Shown: positions 35,333 to 45,198, counted from the stretch's first letter. The stretch: 64,000 nucleotides of DNA from a virus (IMGVR_UViG_3300020048_000009:64001-128000); one strand, 5' to 3'. Numbers and translations: made by a program. The notes: generated by a model from the letters alone, not told the origin.

Positions 35333-35505
35333 TAACTTATGGATGAATTATTAGAAGAGTTAAGTAAATGTGATAAGATTCTTACATCTTTAGCTGGAAG
35401 GTATTATAGTAATGATCCTTTAGCTTGGAGAGGTACTGTATCGGAAAGACTTTCTTATATAACGGATAATTTAATAAAAGATGTAGAAGAAGGTAGAGGA
35501 AATGG

Positions 35506-35688
35506 ATGATACCTTTATGTGATAGAACTTATGAGACTTGTCAAGTATGGGATGATCCTGAAATGTATGACGATGATATTGTAGGAACATCTGTTGCTGA
35601 AAGTAATGCTTTGATTAGAGATTGTGAATATTGTAGAGATTGTCCCTTTCATTTTAGAAATGCAACGTTTACACCTCTAAAGGAATAG
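35506..35688 (+). CDS. Cys-rich hypothetical protein
   Basis: GAGGA RBS. Confidence 0.5.
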   Translation: MIPLCDRTYETCQVWDDPEMYDDDIVGTSVAESNALIRDCEYCRDCPFHFRNATFTPLKE

Positions 35689-35693
35689 TTTAT

Positions 35694-35912
35694 ATGAAAT
35701 TAATTTATGTATCAGAGAATCATTCTACTCCTATTTGTGCACAAACAAGTAGTGGTATATCTATTCTTTTATATTGGTTAATTCAGGATAGAGATATTGG
35801 GAAAATTGTTAAATTTAATACTTGTTCACATTCTGTAGAAATTGGACAAGTTGGTAAAATCTTAGTTCATAATAGAACAGCTGGAACAATTGCTATTATT
35901 GATTCTATGTAG
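35694..35912 (+). CDS. Hypothetical protein
   Basis: AAGGA RBS. Confidence 0.5.
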   Translation: MKLIYVSENHSTPICAQTSSGISILLYWLIQDRDIGKIVKFNTCSHSVEIGQVGKILVHNRTAGTIAIIDSM

Positions 35913-35948
35913 GTGTATTATCATTATTTCTTTTGATATTATTTATAT

Positions 35949-36173
35949 ATGAATATTCCAATAGATATATTATATAGGTTTATGAAAACCATAGTTAAGC
36001 ATCCTGGTCCACATGCATGTAAGCATTATGTATGTGTTACTCTTATATCAGAGTTAGAACGTTCTGGTTATAAACTTTCAGAAGATGAAATATCTTTAGT
36101 TCATTCTTTATGTGATAATAGTGCAGGAGATGAACAGTCTCTTATTACGCTTGATAAATTAATAAAGGCTTAG
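35949..36173 (+). CDS. Duplicated hypothetical protein, copy B
   Basis: Near-identical to 33847-34071. Confidence 0.7.
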   Translation: MNIPIDILYRFMKTIVKHPGPHACKHYVCVTLISELERSGYKLSEDEISLVHSLCDNSAGDEQSLITLDKLIKA

Positions 36174-36181
36174 GTGATATT

Positions 36182-36460
36182 ATGGATGACTGGGAACGTA
36201 CTTTATTAAAGGCAATGCATGAGAGGGATATGAATGATCCTGTTTATAAAGAGGGTTTCGAATCGGAGTGGGAGTTAAACCCTTATGTATTTCCAGAAGA
36301 GTTGAGCGATGCTAGAACGAGAATTGCCTGTTTAGACCGGGCTCTTACATCAGAAGAAAAAGAAAAATTGTTTTTTCTTGGGAGAGACTTCGATGCGACT
36401 GATTGGAATAGATGGTCAAAGGGTTTTTATAGGAGAAATCTTTTTAAGAAAATGGAGTAA
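36182..36460 (+). CDS. Hypothetical protein
   Basis: Co-oriented ORF. Confidence 0.55.
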   Translation: MDDWERTLLKAMHERDMNDPVYKEGFESEWELNPYVFPEELSDARTRIACLDRALTSEEKEKLFFLGRDFDATDWNRWSKGFYRRNLFKKME

Positions 36461-36461
36461 T

Positions 36462-36608
36462 ATGAAAATAAATGATTTATCAGTAACGGATATAACAAAT
36501 CTTCTAAAATTTTCTCCTATTTCAAGGGAGCTACATCAAATTTTAATTAAAAGAATTGATGAGATTAAAAGTGACCTTATTAAAGAAGATCGGGATAAAG
36601 GCTTATGA
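36462..36608 (+). CDS. Hypothetical protein
   Basis: GGAG RBS. Confidence 0.45.
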   Translation: MKINDLSVTDITNLLKFSPISRELHQILIKRIDEIKSDLIKEDRDKGL

Positions 36609-36829
36609 AAATTAAAGCTCCTAGAAAAGTAAAACCCTTTATAACAACTGAATATATTGTAGGATGTCCTAATAGATATTACTTTATAATTTATGTGAAT
36701 AAAAGAATCTCACCATTGAAAAGTAAATATTATACTTCTAAAAAAAGTGCAACGAACGCATTAAATAAAGTATTGAAGTATTATAATTTAATAGATGAAA
36801 CTGTTTTAGATTTTAGTACTACAAAATGA
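36605..36829 (+). CDS. Hypothetical protein
   Basis: Co-oriented ORF. Confidence 0.5.
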   Translation: MKIKAPRKVKPFITTEYIVGCPNRYYFIIYVNKRISPLKSKYYTSKKSATNALNKVLKYYNLIDETVLDFSTTK

Positions 36830-37129
36830 CACAGATAGAAATAATTTCCGAGTTACTTAAGATTATACGAGATCCTATTAAGGGTGCCAATTTATCTATT
36901 AAAGATATGGCGATAACTGAGGAGGCCGATCTGATTGTTAAGAACGCTAAGGATTCTCTTATATGAGCACATATTATCAGCAACTTGGTAAAGCTTCTAA
37001 TGCTAAAAATAAAAGATGTCGGAGAGGTAACGAGTCTAGAAATAATATCTTTGATGAACCTTGGAAACAATTTATACCTAGTCACATTTCTAAAAGAATT
37101 ATTAAATTTAGAAAATTAAAGGAGTCTAA

Positions 37130-37318
37130 ATGAAAGAATTAAAATTAGTACTTGAAAGTTGCAAAGGTTGTCCTTATCTTACATGGGAAGAGAATAATGG
37201 ATGTGGAAATTATGCTGGCTGGAGTCATTGCAACAAGAAGAATCAACATATTGAAAGAAATACTATGTATCCAGAATTCCCTGTATGGTGTCCATTAACC
37301 GATAAACCCAAAGCGTAG
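37130..37318 (+). CDS. Cys-rich small protein (CKGCPY...C...PVWCPL)
   Basis: AAGGAG RBS. Confidence 0.6.
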   Translation: MKELKLVLESCKGCPYLTWEENNGCGNYAGWSHCNKKNQHIERNTMYPEFPVWCPLTDKPKA

Positions 37319-37542
37319 GAAATTTATGAAGGATATTTTTAAACAATTGATGCATGATAATTGTGGTGTTGGTGGTATAAAATGCTATTGCTGTAATGAT
37401 TGGAAAGGTAAGGCTAGAAAAGGTTTGAATAGAATTGTTCGAGCTATGTTAAAGCAGCATGACCTAAAAGAAAATATCAGAGAGCAAGAAAAAGATTAAC
37501 GTAATAGTGTATTTATCGAAGAGTATTTGTTAGTATTTATAT

Positions 37543-37794
37543 ATGAGTATTACAAGTAGAAAGTTAACATCTGAAGATAGAATACCTTTATATAGAATAT
37601 ACGGCCATATGTATGAATGGACGAGCGGTATGGCCTCTAAAGGAATTCGGGATGGTGATGTAACTATTAACGGTGTTGTAATTACAGATGATAAGTTCTT
37701 AGTAAAAGACGGTGATAAGATATGTGAATCTAAAGGTAAGGAATATGTTATAGAAATTCCTTCTTATTGGAGACAGAGTTGTAATACAAAATAG
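37543..37794 (+). CDS. S4-like RNA-binding domain protein
   Basis: SKGIRDGDVTINGVVITDDKFLVKDGDKI matches the S4 pattern. Confidence 0.6.
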   Translation: MSITSRKLTSEDRIPLYRIYGHMYEWTSGMASKGIRDGDVTINGVVITDDKFLVKDGDKICESKGKEYVIEIPSYWRQSCNTK

Positions 37795-37820
37795 ATTTTT
37801 AGAAAAGAAAGAGAGAAATT

Positions 37821-38051
37821 ATGATAGAGTTATCAATATACTTTGGGTGCGGCCTGTTGGCATTTATAATTTGGTTTATATTATGTAAGATTGAAGGTTC
37901 TACTATTAAAGAATTACTTTTAGGTTTTTTATTTTTTGCATTGGGATATGTTGGGCTTATGCTTCTTTTAGGTGTAACTATTTGTGTTACTGTTGACCAA
38001 TATATAGTAGGTAATCCTAAATTTCAGGCATGGTTAAATAAAAAGATTTAA
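37821..38051 (+). CDS. Small membrane protein
   Basis: Two TM helices. Confidence 0.6.
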   Translation: MIELSIYFGCGLLAFIIWFILCKIEGSTIKELLLGFLFFALGYVGLMLLLGVTICVTVDQYIVGNPKFQAWLNKKI

Positions 38052-38054
38052 AAT

Positions 38055-38924
38055 ATGAAGTTAAAAGATTACGTTGATAATTCAATTTTGTATTATCCCA
38101 GTTTATATAGAGCTCATAATTATGAAGACTCTAGGCTTCTTGTATTGGATCATATATTTCTAACAATTGGTAATGGCTTAGAATGGCATAAAGATGGTTT
38201 TATTACCGAATTGGGATATAGGGGAAAATATAATACAAAGTATAAAGCCAAAAAGATTCCCGAAAATTTCTTTTCTGATGATTTATGGGAATTGCATTTA
38301 CTTAAAGAACATTTAAAAGAAGTAAAGAAATTGTTGAAGGGTTATTATTCTTATATATTAAGAAATGGACATACTAAAATAACATTAGCTTTTCTATGTA
38401 ATGATATGTCTTTAGTTAATTCCATTTTCTTGAAATATGATATTAAAACTAGTATGGAAATTTGTTTAGAAAAGTTTTTGAAAGAAAATCAAATTGAAAA
38501 AACAAGAACACCTAGAAAGTTTCAAGTTAATAAAGAAGAAGAACATACGCCTTACCCGATGTGTCATTATAGTGCTATTGTAGAAATGATTAATAGGAAG
38601 ACGGAGTCTCTACATATAACAAATTTTGGTTTAGTTAATATCCAGCCTGATTATATAGAAGGTGCATTGGATGCTGCTAAAAGGGCATTAAGATTTTATA
38701 AAGATCCTGAAAAAAATAAACTGGACCATTACCATCCGTCGAAATCATTAAAAGGCTTTAAAGAATTTTATGAAACAGATCCTGAGAAATTTAGACGTGA
38801 AAGAGTAAAAGATGGAATGTTACCAGAACATACGATTGAGCAATGGTGTCAGATTTGTTGGGAGAAACATCTTGTTGAACAAATAGGTTATTGTGAGAAG
38901 CTTATTGAGATGTATGGAAAATAA
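38055..38924 (+). CDS. Hypothetical protein
   Basis: Long ORF, no family recognised. Confidence 0.75.
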   Translation: MKLKDYVDNSILYYPSLYRAHNYEDSRLLVLDHIFLTIGNGLEWHKDGFITELGYRGKYNTKYKAKKIPENFFSDDLWELHLLKEHLKEVKKLLKGYYSYILRNGHTKITLAFLCNDMSLVNSIFLKYDIKTSMEICLEKFLKENQIEKTRTPRKFQVNKEEEHTPYPMCHYSAIVEMINRKTESLHITNFGLVNIQPDYIEGALDAAKRALRFYKDPEKNKLDHYHPSKSLKGFKEFYETDPEKFRRERVKDGMLPEHTIEQWCQICWEKHLVEQIGYCEKLIEMYGK

Positions 38925-38990
38925 TATTATATCTTAAGTGTATTATTTTGTTTGAATTACTTATAATGTAAGTACTTAAAGGCTTATTAT

Positions 38991-39305
38991 ATGAGTAGAT
39001 TTAAAAGGGGTGATAAAGTTAGAGTTGTTTGTTATGCCGGTAATGATACTGGTAATACAAGATATTTTAGTATAGGTGATATTGGAGTTGTTGAGTTTAT
39101 CGAGGTTATCGGTATAAAAAACCCGAGTATGATACAGGTTAATTTTAATGACCCATCAAATAAAAAAATATATCAAAAGGGTATATGGTACGTATATTGT
39201 GAAGATAGCTTAGAATTTCATGGTAAATACGATAAAATTGATATTTCAACTCTTGATGAAGATGCGTTAATTCCTGATGTATTATATAAACAGGAAATAA
39301 AATAA
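38991..39305 (+). CDS. DALIP-motif family protein 8
   Basis: RFKRGDKVRV; C-term DISTLDEDALIPDVLYK. Confidence 0.75.
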   Translation: MSRFKRGDKVRVVCYAGNDTGNTRYFSIGDIGVVEFIEVIGIKNPSMIQVNFNDPSNKKIYQKGIWYVYCEDSLEFHGKYDKIDISTLDEDALIPDVLYKQEIK

Positions 39306-39306
39306 C

Positions 39307-39615
39307 ATGAGCCGATTTAAAAAAGGTGATAAAGTTAGAGTTATACAATTTGCAACTCCTGATATTGGTAATAATCGATACTTTAGTATTGGTGATATCG
39401 GAATTGTTATGGAGTCAAATGTTCATGCTCGAGGTTTAATATTGACGGATGTTAGTTTTAAGGGGCAGGGAAATAAAAATGTTATAGACGGCGGTAGATG
39501 GTGGGTTTATTGTGAAGATAGTTTAGCGTTAGTTTATGATTTTAAATTTGATATTTCGACTCTTGACGAAGATGCACTTATACCAGAGGAACTTTATAAA
39601 AAAGGAGAAAATTAA
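39307..39615 (+). CDS. DALIP-motif family protein 9
   Basis: RFKKGDKVRV; C-term DISTLDEDALIPEELYK. Confidence 0.75.
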   Translation: MSRFKKGDKVRVIQFATPDIGNNRYFSIGDIGIVMESNVHARGLILTDVSFKGQGNKNVIDGGRWWVYCEDSLALVYDFKFDISTLDEDALIPEELYKKGEN

Positions 39616-39616
39616 T

Positions 39617-39859
39617 ATGAAACGTTGCGGATTTACTATTGTTGAGTTTATGATTATTGTTGCTATTCTTGGAATACTTTTAGCTATTATTATTCCTAAT
39701 GTTATGGTTTCTAATAATACTCCTTCTTCTTTTTCTAAAAATGTTAAGGATAGCGGAAAATTTACCTGTAACGATCATTCATATCTTAAAATTGAATATC
39801 AAACCACTGCAACAATTGTACATGATCCTGATTGTGGTAAATGTAATGTGGAAAAATAA
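39617..39859 (+). CDS. Type IV prepilin-like signal fused to an HDPDC domain
   Basis: MKRCG|FTIVEFMIIVAILGILLAIIIP; C-term HSY..VHDPDCGKC. Confidence 0.75.
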   Translation: MKRCGFTIVEFMIIVAILGILLAIIIPNVMVSNNTPSSFSKNVKDSGKFTCNDHSYLKIEYQTTATIVHDPDCGKCNVEK

Positions 39860-39868
39860 GAGGAATTT

Positions 39869-40114
39869 ATGTTTTTATTATATAGTTTTATTATAGGATA
39901 TATTGCGGCTGGAATAATTTCTTGTGTTTTGTATTATGAAGGCGAAAAGAAAATGTCACTAGAAATGGAACATGAATATTGTATATTTAATTATTGTGAT
40001 TTATTTTTAATTATAGTAATTTTTATATTAGGTTATATTTCTTTAATAGCATCTATTGGGATTATTCTTTGTAGCTATAGTGATAAGGAAGCATTTAGAG
40101 TTAAAGTAAAATAA
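39869..40114 (+). CDS. Small membrane protein
   Basis: Two TM helices. Confidence 0.55.
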   Translation: MFLLYSFIIGYIAAGIISCVLYYEGEKKMSLEMEHEYCIFNYCDLFLIIVIFILGYISLIASIGIILCSYSDKEAFRVKVK

Positions 40115-40127
40115 AGGAAATAAATAA

Positions 40128-40625
40128 ATGAAAACTGCTGGAAATTGGATTAAGGTATTGGATCTTTCTACTCTTAAAGTAGGAGATATTGTTAAGTATT
40201 GTAGTCTTGAGGGTAATAAAAAGTATTGGTGTGGTGATGGTACTACAGCTGGTGGTGGTGGTCGAGTTGTTTTTTATATTGATGAAAAAAAAATTAAAAC
40301 CTGTAACCCTGATGATGTAGACCAGAATTTTATGTCTGAGCTTATTAATGATGAATGGTCTGAGGTTTATGTTTGGGTTTCTGATGAACAAAATAATGTT
40401 GAAGAAGTAGTACTTGATATTAAAAAGTCTTCTGCGAAAATAGCAACAATTCATATTGAAAGAGGATGTGATGAATATTGTTGGCTTATTGAATTACCAT
40501 TTAAGTCTAAACCTATATTTGAATCGGCTGGTTTTTATAATAGAAAGTATGATGCTATTAGAGCAGCCGTAAAGGTTTGTAAGCAATTGGGTATTTTATA
40601 TACAGTAAGCAAGGAATTAGTATAA
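40128..40625 (+). CDS. Two-domain paralog family member A
   Basis: W..V...LKVGDIVKY; Y.RK..AIRAA..C..LG. Confidence 0.7.
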   Translation: MKTAGNWIKVLDLSTLKVGDIVKYCSLEGNKKYWCGDGTTAGGGGRVVFYIDEKKIKTCNPDDVDQNFMSELINDEWSEVYVWVSDEQNNVEEVVLDIKKSSAKIATIHIERGCDEYCWLIELPFKSKPIFESAGFYNRKYDAIRAAVKVCKQLGILYTVSKELV

Positions 40626-40628
40626 ATA

Positions 40629-40901
40629 GTGACTATATTCTATAACAATGGAAAAACTCTGGCAATATTTACCAAGAACGAAAATGGTAAATATGTCGGA
40701 GATTTTACTTGTTATTGGTTTAATGGGAATTTATGCGGTATGTGTTCATATCATGCTGATGGATCTGAGAAAAGAGTTGGCATGTATGAATACTATACAT
40801 TTGAAGGGGATCTTTATAAAAAAGGATCATTTGATAGTAATGGAAAAAATGAAAAAATATATTTTTCTTTAAATCCTTTGGATAAAATTTGTAAAGATTA
40901 A
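40629..40901 (+). CDS. MORN/YwqK-like repeat protein
   Basis: GDFTCYWFNGNL; GMYEYYTFEGDLYKKGSF. Confidence 0.55.
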   Translation: MTIFYNNGKTLAIFTKNENGKYVGDFTCYWFNGNLCGMCSYHADGSEKRVGMYEYYTFEGDLYKKGSFDSNGKNEKIYFSLNPLDKICKD

Positions 40902-40918
40902 TACTATTAGGAATTATC

Positions 40919-41461
40919 ATGAGTAAAAAATTTGAAGATTTACCACAAGAATATAAAGATCTTGTTCAGAAGATTAAAGATGCAAGGGTTGAAACGGAAA
41001 AGACCAGAACTAAAGAGGTTGAAGCTCAGAATACCGAAACCGAATTTAAAGAATATTGTAATATTGAGTTTTCTCCCTTATTAAAGGAATTATCAAAGAT
41101 TGCTTTAGAATATAAGAAACATCTTAAAGCCCAAGAAGAACATGCAGCAGCTCAGAAAAAATTATATGGTAAGCATATTGATGGTGAATATCGTTATTAC
41201 TGGGAAAAATGTGAAAACTGTCATGGTAACGGAAGTATTCGTGTTGGTACTGGTCATTATAAACATCAGGGTGATTCTGATTCAGAAGGATTTTATATTG
41301 AATCTGAAGTAATGGAAGATAGAACTTGTACTAAATGTAGTGGTTCTGGGGGCTTTATTAAATATATCAAAGGTGGTTCAGTATGGGAACAACAGAAACC
41401 TTGTAGTATTTATCAGTTTGAACGAAATCAAGATGATTTTCTAAAAATTATATTAGATTAA
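40919..41461 (+). CDS. Coiled-coil protein with DnaJ-type Zn finger
   Basis: CENCHGNG, CTKCSGSG. Confidence 0.7.
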   Translation: MSKKFEDLPQEYKDLVQKIKDARVETEKTRTKEVEAQNTETEFKEYCNIEFSPLLKELSKIALEYKKHLKAQEEHAAAQKKLYGKHIDGEYRYYWEKCENCHGNGSIRVGTGHYKHQGDSDSEGFYIESEVMEDRTCTKCSGSGGFIKYIKGGSVWEQQKPCSIYQFERNQDDFLKIILD

Positions 41462-41469
41462 TAAAAGAA

Positions 41470-41862
41470 ATGTTGGTTAGTATGTTTGAATTTTTTATGA
41501 CTCTAGGCTTTATATGTTTCTTTGGGGTATTTATATTTATTTTAGCTATAATGTTCGCAGAGAGATCTGAAAATATTCCTATATATTTTCTTGGGATATT
41601 TTTCTGTTTATTATTTGGTATTATGTTTGTAGTAGGATCAGAGCAATTTTTGCAGATTGATACTATCAAAGAAGAGATTCCTATTGAATTTATTAAAAGA
41701 ACTCCTGATGGTGTTATTAATGTTTATGGCAACGGTGTATGTGTACGGTCAGAATTAGCATCTCATTATATTGCATCTTCAAATAATCTAGCTATCATGA
41801 GATATAAAAAAGTAAGAAACAATACAGTTCTTAGTTATTCTAATGTATTAGAGCTTAAATAA
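41470..41862 (+). CDS. Membrane protein
   Basis: Two TM helices; similar layout to 44122 and 52207. Confidence 0.6.
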   Translation: MLVSMFEFFMTLGFICFFGVFIFILAIMFAERSENIPIYFLGIFFCLLFGIMFVVGSEQFLQIDTIKEEIPIEFIKRTPDGVINVYGNGVCVRSELASHYIASSNNLAIMRYKKVRNNTVLSYSNVLELK

Positions 41863-41977
41863 AAAATTAGAATAAAAATATTAAATACATTATTCATATT
41901 GAATAGTGTATTTCATACTTTATAAAGGCTATTATATTAATATCTTAAATGACATTAACTAATGTATAAAGGATTTT

Positions 41978-42424
41978 ATGATAATTAATAATATTGAAGA
42001 AGCCCAAGCTTTAGTGAATAGAGTTTTAGTATTCAATAAAAAGGTAGAAAATACGGAAACCGATTTTGATGTCGGGATGAAAGCTCTTGTAACAGGTGTT
42101 TATTTAAAAGATGATATTTTGCATATTAATTTAGATTTTTCAAAATTTGAAGAATATAATAAAACATTAATGCAATCGACATACTGGGATAAAGAAGGAA
42201 AGCCTACACTTAAATGGTGTGAAACTCCTTATTATCCTAAAGACTGTAAAACTACAGAATATTGTGCACTTTATGATGATGAGCAATGTCCGTTTGATGT
42301 AGAAGATACATCTCCACTTTTTAGATATTCGGTACAAGAGTTAATTGATGAATTAAAATCTAGAAATGTTATGTCATTTGATGAGTCTGGATATGTTATT
42401 CAATCTATTAATGAGGAGAAATAA
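41978..42424 (+). CDS. Hypothetical protein
   Basis: AAGGA RBS, promoter upstream. Confidence 0.7.
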   Translation: MIINNIEEAQALVNRVLVFNKKVENTETDFDVGMKALVTGVYLKDDILHINLDFSKFEEYNKTLMQSTYWDKEGKPTLKWCETPYYPKDCKTTEYCALYDDEQCPFDVEDTSPLFRYSVQELIDELKSRNVMSFDESGYVIQSINEEK

Positions 42425-42425
42425 T

Positions 42426-42641
42426 ATGCCTGATAAAAAACCACAAGTGAAATATGTTACCGTTAAGCATGATGGATATGTTTTTCATATTAATTCTAAC
42501 AGTTTCTATAAAACCCCTGTACATGTTGGAACTGCCCCTATCGGTTGGTATAATGATTATAATGGATTTTTACAGATAATTTATAGGGATAGTGTTTATG
42601 GTGCTGCTGTTACAAGAAAAATGCCGGCTAAAGAAGAATAG
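42426..42641 (+). CDS. Hypothetical protein
   Basis: GAGGAG RBS. Confidence 0.55.
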   Translation: MPDKKPQVKYVTVKHDGYVFHINSNSFYKTPVHVGTAPIGWYNDYNGFLQIIYRDSVYGAAVTRKMPAKEE

Positions 42642-42651
42642 GAGTATATTT

Positions 42652-42945
42652 ATGAAGAAAATAATTGTATTGTTTGTTTGTTTAATGTCACTGTGTGGTT
42701 ATTGTAATTATAATACCCAACAAGTTGTTCTAGTTAATTGTGTTGGTTCTCCTGATATTACATTTCTTTCTAAATGTTTGAGTGAGGGGTGGAGAATTGT
42801 AAATTCAACTCCTATTACAAACTCTAAAAGAGAGCATTCTATAAGTGGACCAATATCTATAGTATATACTTCGTACATTATATACATTATTGAAAAAGAA
42901 GTTATAGAAGATCGTGCAACTGAACATAAAAGAACCGGGAAATAA
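42652..42945 (+). CDS. Exported hypothetical protein
   Basis: Signal-like N-terminus. Confidence 0.6.
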   Translation: MKKIIVLFVCLMSLCGYCNYNTQQVVLVNCVGSPDITFLSKCLSEGWRIVNSTPITNSKREHSISGPISIVYTSYIIYIIEKEVIEDRATEHKRTGK

Positions 42946-42948
42946 TTT

Positions 42949-43434
42949 ATGGCAAAAAATATTAAAGATGCTGGTAAATGGGTTATCGTTAAAAATTCTA
43001 AAAATCTTAATGTTGGTGATAGGATCCGATATTATGATTCTTCATTTAAATATGGATATACCGATAGCTCTATGGGTATTAATAGGCATAGATTTGTAAA
43101 ACAAATTTTTGAAGAAAATGAAGTATCTTCTGCTGATGAAACAGGCAGGATAACATGTAATGATATTTTTAGAAATGGTTTTACTAAAATTGAAGTATGG
43201 GTGCCATCAGGAAATGTTAAAAAGTTGAGAAACGATAATAAAGAAAAAACACTTATCATATCTATTCATAAATGTTCTGGTAAATATTCACTTCAAATTA
43301 AGTTTCAATCTTCTATTGAAATTTATGGATATTCACCATATAATTATCGTTTAAAGCATAAAGCAATAGAAGCTGCAGAAAAATTTTGTAATGAATTGGG
43401 TTTAATCTGTATCATCGAAGATAAAAGCGAATAA
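42949..43434 (+). CDS. Two-domain paralog family member B
   Basis: W.IV...LNVGDRIRY; Y..K..AIEAAEKFC..LG. Confidence 0.7.
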   Translation: MAKNIKDAGKWVIVKNSKNLNVGDRIRYYDSSFKYGYTDSSMGINRHRFVKQIFEENEVSSADETGRITCNDIFRNGFTKIEVWVPSGNVKKLRNDNKEKTLIISIHKCSGKYSLQIKFQSSIEIYGYSPYNYRLKHKAIEAAEKFCNELGLICIIEDKSE

Positions 43435-43438
43435 TATT

Positions 43439-44059
43439 ATGACAAAAGAACAAATTATAGAAAATTTTCAAAAGGCTATTCAAGGTAGACTTGATAATGC
43501 CATTTCTTATCAGAATAATCTGTATTTTGATAAGCTTTTAGAATTTTGTAATACTGATTATGGGTATTTATTATTTTTTCCTATTGCAAAAGGTTATTTC
43601 AATTGTGGTATTCAATTTGACCATTTTTGTGAATTATTCGACAGAATTGATTATGCTTGCACTGATTGCGGCATGATGCTTTGTCATGTTGTTACTGAAT
43701 ACGCATTTACTAAAGACCCTGTATTTATTAAAAGATTTAATGTTGATCCCATCCTGCAATATAAAAATACTTTTATCTTAAATCGTGATTACAATGATTA
43801 TAATAAAGAAGTTGTTTTAGAAACAGCCATAACCCATTTCAATTATGAAAAACATACTTTAAAAGAAATTCATTCTACTCCAATGAATTATGCTCTTATA
43901 GATTTTCTATATAGTATTATTCCAGATATTAAAAACTTTAAAGAATTATCTAAGCTTGATGATAACGGTGAAGCTTCCATGAAAGCTGAAAAACTTTTAG
44001 AACAAAAAATAGTAGATTATATTAAAAACGCTAAATTTTATTATGTTCAAAGGTTTTAG
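43439..44059 (+). CDS. Hypothetical protein
   Basis: Long ORF. Confidence 0.7.
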   Translation: MTKEQIIENFQKAIQGRLDNAISYQNNLYFDKLLEFCNTDYGYLLFFPIAKGYFNCGIQFDHFCELFDRIDYACTDCGMMLCHVVTEYAFTKDPVFIKRFNVDPILQYKNTFILNRDYNDYNKEVVLETAITHFNYEKHTLKEIHSTPMNYALIDFLYSIIPDIKNFKELSKLDDNGEASMKAEKLLEQKIVDYIKNAKFYYVQRF

Positions 44060-44121
44060 TGTATTAGTATATTAAGTTTTGTTATAATAGGTTTTTATTA
44101 AATTAATAAAGGAGAGTTGTT

Positions 44122-44550
44122 ATGATGACGTGTCATTTTGTTTGTATGGGTTTGATATTTTTTGGTTTATTTTTAATGACTATTGATTTTATATTATTTT
44201 CTAATGCTGTTGGAAATCCTGATAGTCGAGATGTTGCAGTAACCGGTGTGATGATTATACTTTTTACTCTCATTTTTGGTTTTGGTATGTGGTGCACATG
44301 GGCAACCCAAAGATATGAGATTAAAGAAATTGAGCCGACTGAAATTGTTAGATTTAAAGATAGTCTAATTGTTAAATATGAAAGATCTAGACTTGAAGAT
44401 GATACCGTACGTATTTATAATGCTGATGATAAAGATATAGTAATTATTAGAAAGATCGCATATAATTCTTATAATTGTCGGAGCTATTTTGATTATGATG
44501 TACTTGGAATCAGATCAAATAAAGTTCAAAATGTTGAGAAGTCAAAATAA
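44122..44550 (+). CDS. Membrane protein
   Basis: Two TM helices. Confidence 0.65.
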   Translation: MMTCHFVCMGLIFFGLFLMTIDFILFSNAVGNPDSRDVAVTGVMIILFTLIFGFGMWCTWATQRYEIKEIEPTEIVRFKDSLIVKYERSRLEDDTVRIYNADDKDIVIIRKIAYNSYNCRSYFDYDVLGIRSNKVQNVEKSK

Positions 44551-44804
44551 TGAAACTGTATATTTTATATAGAGGTAGGAGTAAGAGTAATTTAAAGCCG
44601 ATAATGATTGATCGTATAGAAAAGGTCGATAATTATTATAAGACATTAATTAAATCTGATCCTGGAAGCGGTAAGACTTGGCATTATGATATTCAAATGG
44701 CACCTTCTGATGCAGAAGTCTGGAGAAAGAATAATAATTCTAATCAATGGACTAACTATAATTCGTCTAATCCACCTAAAGTAAAAAATGGAAGTAGGTT
44801 TTAA
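44550..44804 (+). CDS. Hypothetical protein
   Basis: Coupled ORF. Confidence 0.55.
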   Translation: MKLYILYRGRSKSNLKPIMIDRIEKVDNYYKTLIKSDPGSGKTWHYDIQMAPSDAEVWRKNNNSNQWTNYNSSNPPKVKNGSRF

Positions 44805-44990
44805 ATGTTAAGTATTGAACAACTAAAAAAATTAAGTACTCAGAGACTTGTTGCCTATAAAAGAAAGTATTTTCCTAGAGAAATTGGAAATCCTTTTGAA
44901 TACCAAAAAGAATATAATGCATATCATGCTGCAATTAAAAATATTCTAAAGACCAGGGGACATGTTAAAAGAAAACATGAAAAAGCTTAG
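44805..44990 (+). CDS. Small basic protein
   Basis: Coupled ORF. Confidence 0.55.
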   Translation: MLSIEQLKKLSTQRLVAYKRKYFPREIGNPFEYQKEYNAYHAAIKNILKTRGHVKRKHEKA

Positions 44991-45198
44991 TGTATTATTT
45001 TTAATGTTTTTTATATAATAACATTATTAAAAGGATAATTATGAATGTACGAAAAACAAATAAAAAGATATTAGCCGCATGGTTTGAATATAAAGAAATG
45101 CCTAATGTTTCAGATAGATTAAGCGTGCCTTCTTTTGTTGCTGGTTATCAGTTTGCAATAAGAGATCAAAAGCGAAAAGTTTCTAAAAAGAAATAATT

